In this document: positions 17,053 through 25,811 of the stretch, piece by piece | How the letters are laid out: every line of letters begins with the position of its first letter | How positions within the stretch are numbered: the stretch's first letter is position 1 | Origin: a virus | Lineage: Duplodnaviria > Caudoviricetes | Virus record (IMG/VR): IMGVR_UViG_3300031972_001528 | Location: 1 to 31,408 of that record | DNA length: 31,408 bases | Direction: 5' to 3' (one strand) | Notes under the pieces: model-generated | What the model was told of the DNA's origin: nothing | Databases searched by the model: none | Seen by the model: only the letters and a program-made list of their open reading frames with translations | Made by a program: the position numbers and the translations under genes

Positions 17053-20000
17053 ATGGCTGAATATAATTTAAACTCCGCAGAACGAGATAGCGAAGTAAGT
17101 TGGTATAAAGCTCTTGGTGCAGGTTTATTATCTGGAGCTATAAAAGTTCCAGAAGGTATTGTATCACTTGGAGCAGAATTAATAGATCTTGGAGCAGATT
17201 CAGATATAGCTGCAGATGTTGAAGAATTTTTTGATAAAATAAATCCTTTTGAAGAAGTTGCTGAAGAAAGATTAATAGGTAAACTAACTGAATCTATAGT
17301 TCAAATAGGTGTTCCCGGAGGCATAGGTTTTAAAGTAGCTAATAAAGCTGCAAGAGGTTTAACTACAAAAGCTTTAAATGCTAGAAGAAACGACGCATAT
17401 GCTCAGTTTGGAAAAGGAAGTAAGTATTACAAAACAAAAAATCCAAAAGACATAGCTAAAACATATAATCCAAATAAATTAGGAGAAGCTTTAGGAAAAG
17501 TTAGGGATCTAAACAAAAAATCAAAATATCCACGATACTCAGTTGCAGTAGGAGGTGGTGCAGTTGGTGAAATGTTTGTAGTAGATAATGATGAAATTGG
17601 TACCTTTGGAGATATGTTTGAGGGACCAACCGAATTAGATAGAAGCGAATCATATGGTAGAGAAGATGCTACCAGAAAATTAATGAACAGACTTAGGTTT
17701 GGAACAGAATCTTTATTTATAACTCCTGCAGTTTATGGAGTTGGTAAAACAGCAAAACTATTATCACAACGTGGAAAAGAATTAGCTTACAGTGAATCAG
17801 CATTTCAAAGAGCTATTGATAAATATATTAGAGCTCCTTTTCAACCTAGAGGTAAAATGACTCAGGAAATTTTTGAAAGTGAAATGCTTAAACAAGGATT
17901 AAAAGCAAGAGATTCTAGAAGAGCAAATCAAATAATAACCAATATTACTAAAAGTTTAGATGGTATATTACCTATGATTCAAGAAGTTGGAGACAAAGGA
18001 ACTAAATCTAATAGAGATATCTTTTTAAAAAAAATAAATGATTTATTAGTAGGTGGAGATATAGAAAAAAAAATAGACGTAGAAAAACTAGAAAGCGTTA
18101 TCAAGGAACTTGACATGAAAAAGGTTCCTAAAGATAAAATAAAAGAATTAGTTAAATATTTAGATGAAGGAAGAAATGAATTTAACAGTTTAGTGGATAT
18201 TTTAAAAAGAACATCAAAAAACACTAAAAGTGCTACAACTGAATTTCAAAATTTATTTAATAAACGATTAAGTGGATATGCTGGAAACACATTTAAAATT
18301 TTTGAAACTAAAAGCAGTATCTTCAATGGTTTTAGAAGTTATCAACCAACAGAAGAATCTTACACAGCTGCAATAAAAGTTTTTAAAGATACTCTTGGAG
18401 CAACTGAAAATCAATCAAGACAAATTATAGATAATATATTAGAACAAGCTTCTAAAATTAAAAAACCAAAAGATCTTCCTGAATTCAACTTTGTTCAAAA
18501 AACAATGGAAAAGGGTACACCTAAATTTATAGAAAGAAGTGTTGGCTTATCTGAAAAACAAGCTGGAACTTATGCACAAAAAAAAGCATTAAGAGAATTA
18601 TTTGGTGAAATAAAAGATCCTAGATTTACAATAATGAATTCAATAAATAGTTTGTCTTATGTAGCTAGAACTTCTGAGATGTTTAATCAAATTGTATTAA
18701 AAAACCAAGCTGTTCAAAAAGCAGGGGGCAGAGGATTTTTTTGGGCTGATAAAAATTCAGCTACAAATGCGGTTAATACAAGAAAAACAGGTGTTGAAGT
18801 AGTTAAGATGAGTGATGTATTAGGTGAGATAGATGGTCTTAATGGTATTACAAATCCTATTTCCAATCTTTGGACTACTAAAGAAATTGCTGAAGGAATA
18901 AAAGCATCTAATGATGTTTTATCCGGTCTTCAAGGATTTGTTAGAGGAACAAAAGAAATGAGTGGTGCAGAAAACGTTGTAAGTTGGTTTTATAGAAATT
19001 TACTTTTGTTGCCAAAAGGTATTTCACAAATGTCAAAAACTATTTTTTCTATACCAACACACGTACGTAATTTTATGAGTGCAGGTGCATTTACTTCAGC
19101 CAATGGAGTTTTATTTGATGGTATAACTGATCCTAAATTATTAGGAAAAGCTTTTAAAGAAGGTATTGATGTATCTGCATTACTTAAACTTGGTCCAGGT
19201 TCTGCAAAAGCACAACGACAATATCAAGATTTATTAGAGTTAGGTGTAGTAAACTCACAAGTACAAATGGGAGATTTAATATCTCTATTGAAAGATACAA
19301 ATGCAGGTTCAACAATAATGGGTATAGATGGACCTTTGGGTAGAATGTTTAACGGATTAAAAAAAATAGGAAAAGTTTTTCAAGATAAATACACAGCAGA
19401 AGATGATACATTTAAAATTACAAATTTTGTTGTAGAGTTGGAGCGTTTGAAAACTAGAAATTTAAAAAGAATAAATAATATAAGACTAGCTAATAAACAA
19501 CCTGCTCTTTCTTTAGATGATTATAAAAAACAATTAAATTTATCTAAAAGTAAAGATGGTGCTATAGATAGAACCTCTGACTTATGGAAACTTCAAACTG
19601 AGGCCGCGCAAATTGTTAAGAATACTGTACCAAATTATGCTTATGTTGGTGATGTAGTAAAAACATCTAGACTATTACCAATAGGTAACTTCATGTCTTT
19701 CCCTTCAGAAATTATTAGAACGTCAGCTAATATTGCAGAACAGGGTTTGAAAGAAATGAGACATCAACTAGGGGAAGGAGCAGTGAGAGTTAAAGGTTCG
19801 AATTTAAGTCCAACGGTTACAGAAATTTTACAAGATGGAAGTGAGAGAGTAGTTAGAAATAGTTCTTATATAGATGGAAGTTTTGGTACAGGTTTTAAAA
19901 GATTGATGGGTATGGCAACTACTTTAACTGGTGTTCCAATTGCAGTTACAGAAGGAGCAAAAGCTTTATATGATGTTACTTCAGAAGAAATAGATGCAAT

Positions 20001-21267
20001 GAGAAGATTCGTACCTGACTGGTCAAAAAATTCTACATTAGTTCCAATAAGATCAGATGATGGTGAATTAAGATATGTAGATTTTAGTAAAAGTAATGCA
20101 TATGATGTTATGGCTAGACCATTTAGAACAGTAATAAATAATTTAATTGAAGGTGATAAAAATGATGAAACAATATTAAAAAGTTTTAGTGATGGAGTAG
20201 CAGAAGCAACTGGAGAAATAATGAATCCATTTATCTCAGAGTCTATATTTACAGAAGCAATGTTTGATTTAACTCTTAGAAATGGAAGGACAGACGAAGG
20301 TAGACTTCTTTATACTGATCAAACATCAGCGGGAGATAAACTTGCAATTCAATTTAATCATTTATCCAAAGCAATACTTCCAAACAAAATGCCTTATCAA
20401 AGATTAGTATCAGCTGCAATGGGAACAGTGACTGAACGTGGAGATGAATTAAATATTGGACCGGAACTTGCGGGTTTCATGGGACTGAGAGCTATTAAAA
20501 TAGATCCATTAAGAACAATGAATTTTAAAGTAAATGAATATCAAAGAGGTATTAGAGAAGCTAGAAGAGAATTTACTGGGGGTGCTTTTGGTGTATTAAA
20601 GGGAGGACCTGTTTCAGCTGAAGAAATTATTGAAAGATACATTGCATCTAATAAAGCAAGATTTAATGTACAAAAAAATATGTTTAGAGACTTAGAAGCA
20701 GCTCAAATTTTAGATACTAGAGTTTCAGATTTAAGAACGTTATTTAAAGATAGACAAATTAGTAATACAAATTTCAATAATTTATTGAGAGGAAAATTTG
20801 ATATATACTATCCTTCGGATGATATTCTAAATAAATTTAGAGAGACTTCTAAAGCACTAGGAGAATCAAATCCTTTTATAGAAGCAAGAACAGATATTAA
20901 TAGTATAAAAAGAGATTTTAGAAATCTTGGACTGGATACTAGATTTAGAACTGAAAGAGCAGTTGGAGGACACATACAAGAAACAATGAATAATCAATAT
21001 GATGTTTCTTCTATTATAGATAAAATAGCTATAGATATAAGTTTGTTAAATTTAAATGATGAGTTTAATGTTAAATTAAGTGATTATATCCAACCCGCTA
21101 CAACAGTTAATGCTCCACCATTACCTATACAACCAATGCCTAATGCTCAAGTATTACAGCCTCAGGCTCCAGGGAACATTACAGCTCAGGGGTTGACACC
21201 AACAGAACTTGCTTTATTATCACCTGAAGAACAACAAATACGTCTTAGACAAAGAGGATTAGCATAA
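17053..21267 (+). CDS. Large internal virion/ejection protein (1404 aa)
   Basis: Largest ORF, helical, near the end of the structural block as for podovirus core proteins; no catalytic motif recognised. Confidence 0.6.
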   Translation: MAEYNLNSAERDSEVSWYKALGAGLLSGAIKVPEGIVSLGAELIDLGADSDIAADVEEFFDKINPFEEVAEERLIGKLTESIVQIGVPGGIGFKVANKAARGLTTKALNARRNDAYAQFGKGSKYYKTKNPKDIAKTYNPNKLGEALGKVRDLNKKSKYPRYSVAVGGGAVGEMFVVDNDEIGTFGDMFEGPTELDRSESYGREDATRKLMNRLRFGTESLFITPAVYGVGKTAKLLSQRGKELAYSESAFQRAIDKYIRAPFQPRGKMTQEIFESEMLKQGLKARDSRRANQIITNITKSLDGILPMIQEVGDKGTKSNRDIFLKKINDLLVGGDIEKKIDVEKLESVIKELDMKKVPKDKIKELVKYLDEGRNEFNSLVDILKRTSKNTKSATTEFQNLFNKRLSGYAGNTFKIFETKSSIFNGFRSYQPTEESYTAAIKVFKDTLGATENQSRQIIDNILEQASKIKKPKDLPEFNFVQKTMEKGTPKFIERSVGLSEKQAGTYAQKKALRELFGEIKDPRFTIMNSINSLSYVARTSEMFNQIVLKNQAVQKAGGRGFFWADKNSATNAVNTRKTGVEVVKMSDVLGEIDGLNGITNPISNLWTTKEIAEGIKASNDVLSGLQGFVRGTKEMSGAENVVSWFYRNLLLLPKGISQMSKTIFSIPTHVRNFMSAGAFTSANGVLFDGITDPKLLGKAFKEGIDVSALLKLGPGSAKAQRQYQDLLELGVVNSQVQMGDLISLLKDTNAGSTIMGIDGPLGRMFNGLKKIGKVFQDKYTAEDDTFKITNFVVELERLKTRNLKRINNIRLANKQPALSLDDYKKQLNLSKSKDGAIDRTSDLWKLQTEAAQIVKNTVPNYAYVGDVVKTSRLLPIGNFMSFPSEIIRTSANIAEQGLKEMRHQLGEGAVRVKGSNLSPTVTEILQDGSERVVRNSSYIDGSFGTGFKRLMGMATTLTGVPIAVTEGAKALYDVTSEEIDAMRRFVPDWSKNSTLVPIRSDDGELRYVDFSKSNAYDVMARPFRTVINNLIEGDKNDETILKSFSDGVAEATGEIMNPFISESIFTEAMFDLTLRNGRTDEGRLLYTDQTSAGDKLAIQFNHLSKAILPNKMPYQRLVSAAMGTVTERGDELNIGPELAGFMGLRAIKIDPLRTMNFKVNEYQRGIREARREFTGGAFGVLKGGPVSAEEIIERYIASNKARFNVQKNMFRDLEAAQILDTRVSDLRTLFKDRQISNTNFNNLLRGKFDIYYPSDDILNKFRETSKALGESNPFIEARTDINSIKRDFRNLGLDTRFRTERAVGGHIQETMNNQYDVSSIIDKIAIDISLLNLNDEFNVKLSDYIQPATTVNAPPLPIQPMPNAQVLQPQAPGNITAQGLTPTELALLSPEEQQIRLRQRGLA

Positions 21268-22214
21268 TGCCACCATATGGATTATACAGTTTAGCAAATA
21301 CACCTGAAGAGTTATTAAACAGGGGTTATGGATATGGAGGGGACATACCAATAAGAGATCTTTCAGAAGCAGAAAGAAATATAATATTTAGTAAAAGGGA
21401 TCCAGCTTTTGGAACGATAAATACAGACTTTGGATATTTTCCAGCTCCTTTTACAGGAGCTCAACCTTTTCAAAATGCTAGTTTTCTTAGAGGTGACAGA
21501 GGAGAATATAATTTAGGTTTTCTTGGTGATATTCAGATTCCTTCTTTTGGTGGTTCAAGTAATATAAATTATAATCAATATAATCCGTTTGAACCTTTTG
21601 AATCTACAGGCATTATGAAACAGGCACCTTTAGATATAAATAGATTTCAAGGTGTAAGTGACATGAGTGCAATAGACGAGACAACTAATGATGAACAAGA
21701 TGAAGAGTACATAGATTTAGTTGATCCATCAAATAATAAATCTGGTGGTATTATAGATTTAATAATGAGTGCGGTAATGCCTGGTTATAATTTTATTAAA
21801 GGCGCGCTTAATAAACCCCAATCTTATCAACAGTTTTCTCCAGGAACATCTATTAGAAATGGTATAGTAAGTATTGATGGTGTTAACACACCATATGAAA
21901 ATTTTGGTGGAGACTTTTATAATCCTAACACTGGTTTAAATAGATTTGATAGAGCAAGAAACAGATTTAATAAAACAGGTAGTACGGTTGATTTATTTGG
22001 TTCAAGCAGAACTGGAAAAGAATTTTTTGAAAACAGAAGAAGAATAAAAGAACAAAAAGCAAAAGATTTATTAGACCAAGCAAAAAATAAAAGAACTTTT
22101 AAATCACTTGAAACTGGTGGTAATGATCGACCAGGTGGAGGCAGTCGTATAGGTGATGCAGATATAAGCAACCCAGGTAAATTTACTACTGATGATACAG
22201 CAGGATTTTTTTAA
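21267..22214 (+). CDS. Hypothetical protein
   Basis: 315 aa ORF coupled by TAATG at both ends; Gly/Phe/Asn-rich. Confidence 0.6.
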   Translation: MPPYGLYSLANTPEELLNRGYGYGGDIPIRDLSEAERNIIFSKRDPAFGTINTDFGYFPAPFTGAQPFQNASFLRGDRGEYNLGFLGDIQIPSFGGSSNINYNQYNPFEPFESTGIMKQAPLDINRFQGVSDMSAIDETTNDEQDEEYIDLVDPSNNKSGGIIDLIMSAVMPGYNFIKGALNKPQSYQQFSPGTSIRNGIVSIDGVNTPYENFGGDFYNPNTGLNRFDRARNRFNKTGSTVDLFGSSRTGKEFFENRRRIKEQKAKDLLDQAKNKRTFKSLETGGNDRPGGGSRIGDADISNPGKFTTDDTAGFF

Positions 22215-22411
22215 TGCCTAGAAAAGATTTAGCATTAGAGAAAATAGAATCTCACGAAAAGCTTTGTCGTATCATGCAAAAACAAACTCATCAAAAAATT
22301 TCAGGAATAGAGAACGATATAAAAGAAATTAAAAATCATATGCGTTATGCAATGACTGCTTTAGTAGCAGGTATGTTTACTATTATCGTTATATTATTTG
22401 AAAAACTGTAG
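22214..22411 (+). CDS. Small coiled-coil protein with C-terminal transmembrane helix (XhlA/holin-like)
   Basis: HEKLC...coiled coil, then hydrophobic YAMTALVAGMFTIIVILF. Confidence 0.55.
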   Translation: MPRKDLALEKIESHEKLCRIMQKQTHQKISGIENDIKEIKNHMRYAMTALVAGMFTIIVILFEKL

Positions 22412-22427
22412 TTATTTTGGGAGGTTG

Positions 22428-22469
22428 GGCACTCAGCTGCCGGGATTGATTATAGTGGGGACTATAGTC
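22428..22469. terminator. Hairpins between convergent genes (possible terminator/structured element)
   Basis: GATTATAGT-GGGG-ACTATAGTC stem (22448-22469) and GGCA-CTCAGC-TGCC (22428-22441); no clear U-tract. Confidence 0.35.
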
Positions 22470-22470
22470 G

Positions 22471-23904
22471 CTATATCCATTCTCTAAAATCTTCGTCCAT
22501 AATTGTATTAGCAATATTAACTTTATTACGTAAAGCTTTTACAATTCTTTCATCAATAGTATCTTGACTCATAATATCAATGTAAGTCATTTTTTGTGTT
22601 TGGCCAATACGATCAATACGTGCTTCTGATTGTTGACGTTTCTCCAGGTCATAACCGTTTGAAAAATAAATCATATTACTGCCTGCAGTTAATGTAATAC
22701 CATAACCACCGGTATGAGTAGTACCTACAAAGAATCTACACTTATCATCTGTTTGAAATTTTTTAATATTAGCTGATCTAGTATCAGTATCTGTTGCACC
22801 ATAGTAATCTACAACAGAATCTTCTCCATATACTTTTTTAATCTCTTCAATAATTCTTCTTACATCATGAGTATAGTGAGACCATATAATAGTTTTACCT
22901 TCTACATTCTCAAGTATATTCATCAACTCGCCTAGTCTAGCACAGGGTAAATTTTTAATAGTACCATCATCTGCAGTGAAGTGACCGCAAGTAATTTGAT
23001 GTAGTCTCATTAACTGAGTCATAACAGTTGCTGAAGATTGCATTTTACCATCAAGAAATGCAATAGCTTCTTGTTTCATTTGTTTATAAACTTTCTTTTG
23101 TTCAGCTGTTAGTTCAACATAATGTTTAACAAAAGTTTTTTCTGGTAAGTCTAAACAATCTTGTTTTAATATTCTTCTAGAAAAAGGTTTTATTTTTTCT
23201 GATAACTCACCAAGATTTCTATAACCTACAACTATTTCAACACGTCTACCTTGTACTTCAATTTTTTTACAAATTGCATATCTTGCTCTGAATATCCAAT
23301 AAGAGTCATAACCTAGTAACCATGGATCTAAAAATTGACATTGACTAAATAAATCTAATGGTGATTTAGTTACAGGAGAACCCGTTAATATTCTTCTGTA
23401 CTTAGCATTATCTCTTAGTGATAAAATATTTTTAGTTCTATTAGATGTTGGAGTCTTAATTGTAGTAGACTCATCAATTGCAATCATTGCTTTGTGACAA
23501 GATAAAAATTTATTAGCAAACTCTGTACCATTACCAGATGAAAAAGCTTCAACATTCATAATTAAAATATGAAAGTCAGTTCCTGTTTCAAACAAAGTAT
23601 TTAATATTTGTTTTTGTTTTGAAGATTTATCCGATGTTTTCCATAGCACCATTTTTTTTTCGATATGATCAGGTAAATGCACAGGCACTTCCTGATCATA
23701 CCAGTTCTTATAAACACCTTTAGGTGCAATAAGAAGGAGGCCATTTATCTGGCCTTTATCATATAACATTGCGGCATTATCTAGTAATACCTTTGATTTA
23801 CCTGTACCCATTTCCATGAAGTACGCAAAATTTTCTTTGTCCCAAGATGCTTCTAATGCATCTAATTGGTGCTGATAAGGCTTAGTTTTAAATTTATAAT
23901 TCAT
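22471..23904 (-). CDS. SNF2-family (SF2) DNA helicase/ATPase
   Basis: PYQHQ Q-motif, MEMGTGKS Walker A, IDEST motif II, LTGSP motif III, GYGITL motif V, QSEARIDRIGQ motif VI. Confidence 0.92.
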   Translation of the reverse strand: MNYKFKTKPYQHQLDALEASWDKENFAYFMEMGTGKSKVLLDNAAMLYDKGQINGLLLIAPKGVYKNWYDQEVPVHLPDHIEKKMVLWKTSDKSSKQKQILNTLFETGTDFHILIMNVEAFSSGNGTEFANKFLSCHKAMIAIDESTTIKTPTSNRTKNILSLRDNAKYRRILTGSPVTKSPLDLFSQCQFLDPWLLGYDSYWIFRARYAICKKIEVQGRRVEIVVGYRNLGELSEKIKPFSRRILKQDCLDLPEKTFVKHYVELTAEQKKVYKQMKQEAIAFLDGKMQSSATVMTQLMRLHQITCGHFTADDGTIKNLPCARLGELMNILENVEGKTIIWSHYTHDVRRIIEEIKKVYGEDSVVDYYGATDTDTRSANIKKFQTDDKCRFFVGTTHTGGYGITLTAGSNMIYFSNGYDLEKRQQSEARIDRIGQTQKMTYIDIMSQDTIDERIVKALRNKVNIANTIMDEDFREWI

Positions 23905-23917
23905 AATATATACTCTG

Positions 23918-23967
23918 TTTACTTTTCTTTCTAATTACTATAGTAGTTATAAAAAAGAAAAAGTCAA
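23918..23967. promoter_or_regulatory. Quasi-palindromic divergent promoter region
   Basis: Central palindrome TACTATAGTA (23936-23945) with imperfect inverted flanks; minus strand reads TTGACT-N16-TACTAT. Confidence 0.45.
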
Positions 23968-24302
23968 TGAGCAAAGTTTATTTAACACAAGAAATACCAG
24001 GTAGTTCAATTGGACAGCCAAAATATAATGTTTTGGGTGCACAAAAGTTTGGACAAATTGTCACACTTCTGCCAGAAAAAAGTCAGATTATTTTATCACC
24101 TGGTCCACTAATACAAAAATTAAGAACGTTATTAAAAGATTATACAACTGATGATTATTTATTATTATCAGGAGATCCTGCAATTATTGGTGTAGTTTGT
24201 TCTGTTGTATCTGATATAACAAATGGTAAATACAATTTATTAAAATGGGACAGACAAGAAAAAACTTATTACCCTATCGAAGTAAATATATTTCACAAAT
24301 AG
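23967..24302 (+). CDS. Hypothetical phage protein
   Basis: 111 aa ORF (DYLLLSGDP, LLKWDRQ..YYP); first gene of the replication operon. Confidence 0.7.
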   Translation: MSKVYLTQEIPGSSIGQPKYNVLGAQKFGQIVTLLPEKSQIILSPGPLIQKLRTLLKDYTTDDYLLLSGDPAIIGVVCSVVSDITNGKYNLLKWDRQEKTYYPIEVNIFHK

Positions 24303-24304
24303 AC

Positions 24305-24334
24305 TTGACAAAAGATCAAATCGATCTTATTTGT
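24305..24334 (+). promoter_or_regulatory. Probable promoter with an inverted repeat in the spacer
   Basis: Perfect TTGACA 24305-24310; AAGATC/GATCTT inverted repeat 24312-24328; -10 hexamer is imperfect. Confidence 0.4.
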
Positions 24335-24378
24335 ATCACCATGAAAGTAAAACTAAAAATAATTAAAGGAGTTATATA

Positions 24379-24927
24379 ATGTTAATTGACATGCGTAAAG
24401 ACGCACCTGATCAAGCTAAAACTATTGATCCAGATGCACTTTCTACAGAAGTAGAAAAACTACAGGGAATACAAAAACAAATAAAAGATTTGGAAGATAG
24501 AGTTAAAGATCTTAAAGAAGATGAAAAACACTTTAGCTGTATAATTATTCCAAAATTAATGGAAGACATGAACTTAGCTAGTTTAAAACTAAAAGATGGT
24601 TCAGAGTTAACTGTTAAAAAAATTTATAGTGCCTCAATGAAAGCTGACAAAAAAGCTGAGGCGATACACTGGCTTCGAGACAATGGCTTAGGCGATATAG
24701 TAAAAAATAATATTATTGTATCGTTTGGTCAAGGCGAAGATAACAAGGCTGTCGATTACGCTAGCCTTGCGAGGTCGAATGGGTTTGAACCTATCCAAGA
24801 GGAAAAAGTTCACCCATCGACACTCAAAGTAGTTATGAAGGAATGGAAAGACAAAGGTCAAGAAGTTCCTGCAGAACTATTCAATACGTTCGATGGAAAT
24901 CAAACGTATTTAAAAAATAAAAAATAA
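24379..24927 (+). CDS. Phage replication-module protein (N-terminal coiled coil)
   Basis: SD AAGGAG; A..WLRDNGLGDIVK and VHPSTLK motifs typical of the gene preceding SSB in such modules. Confidence 0.65.
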   Translation: MLIDMRKDAPDQAKTIDPDALSTEVEKLQGIQKQIKDLEDRVKDLKEDEKHFSCIIIPKLMEDMNLASLKLKDGSELTVKKIYSASMKADKKAEAIHWLRDNGLGDIVKNNIIVSFGQGEDNKAVDYASLARSNGFEPIQEEKVHPSTLKVVMKEWKDKGQEVPAELFNTFDGNQTYLKNKK

Positions 24928-24955
24928 ACTAATAACTAAATATAAGGAGTTATAT

Positions 24956-25732
24956 ATGGCTAATACAGCTATCGAGAAGAAGAACAGTGCAGGCGCACTG
25001 GCAACTATCAGTCTTAGAAGTGATTCTGGGAAAGGTAGTGAAGAAATAAAATCGGATGATATGTCTACACCGATTTTAAAAATCCTACATCAACTATCGC
25101 CTGAATGTAATAAGAGTAATGCAAAGTACGTCGAAGGTTCTCAACCTGGTATGATCTATGCAAAAGGTCTTGGCACATTAATAGATGGTGACAAAGGTGT
25201 GGATATATTAATTGCACACGTGCAAACAAGATATCCAGAATGGCAAGAGATGGGAGACACAGCGGCTCCTCCTGTCATGACTCACTTATCTGTTCCTGAA
25301 GATGCGAAGGAAGAAAGAAATGGTAAGTGGAGATTATCAAATGGTAACTACTTAGAAAAAACTGCATACTTTTATGTAGTGGTATTAGGTGATGAACCTA
25401 GACCTGCAGTAATTACTATGAGATCATCTAACTTAACACCCGCAAGAGAATTGAATCAATTGATTAAAAATCTAAGATTCAAGGATGAAAAAGGTGTTTA
25501 CAATCCGGCAGCATACGCAGCAGTTTACACATTAAAAACTGTAGGTAAGGTTGCAGGTAGTAAGAGTTGGCATGTCTATAAACCTTCAATGAACAGAGCA
25601 CTAGATGTTTCTGTTGAAGCTGACGCTCAATTATACTTAATGGCACAAGAACTTCAAAAGTCTGTGTCTAAAGGTCAAGCAAAACCTAAGTATGAAGAGA
25701 AGAGTGCTAAACCAACTGAAGAGATTATCTAA
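24956..25732 (+). CDS. Probable single-stranded DNA-binding protein
   Basis: P.LKILHQLSPE motif, aromatic/beta-rich core, acidic C-terminal tail (TEEII), strong SD, upstream of primase. Confidence 0.55.
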   Translation: MANTAIEKKNSAGALATISLRSDSGKGSEEIKSDDMSTPILKILHQLSPECNKSNAKYVEGSQPGMIYAKGLGTLIDGDKGVDILIAHVQTRYPEWQEMGDTAAPPVMTHLSVPEDAKEERNGKWRLSNGNYLEKTAYFYVVVLGDEPRPAVITMRSSNLTPARELNQLIKNLRFKDEKGVYNPAAYAAVYTLKTVGKVAGSKSWHVYKPSMNRALDVSVEADAQLYLMAQELQKSVSKGQAKPKYEEKSAKPTEEII

Positions 25733-25753
25733 TTCACTAAGTGAATACTCTAG

Positions 25754-25793
25754 AGGGAGGCGACTGCGCGAGAGTGACGTCGCCTCTTTATTA
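25754..25793 (+). terminator. Rho-independent terminator-like hairpin with GNRA loop
   Basis: GAGGCGAC(25757-25764)/GTCGCCTC(25779-25786) stem, inner CGC-GAGA-GTG, followed by TTTATT. Confidence 0.7.
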
Positions 25794-25811
25794 ATCATAA
25801 CATAGGAAATT

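Noticed and set aside
17053-21267. Virion RNA polymerase or lytic transglycosylase in the 1404-aa protein
   Set aside because: No polymerase or lysozyme catalytic motifs recognisable by eye.
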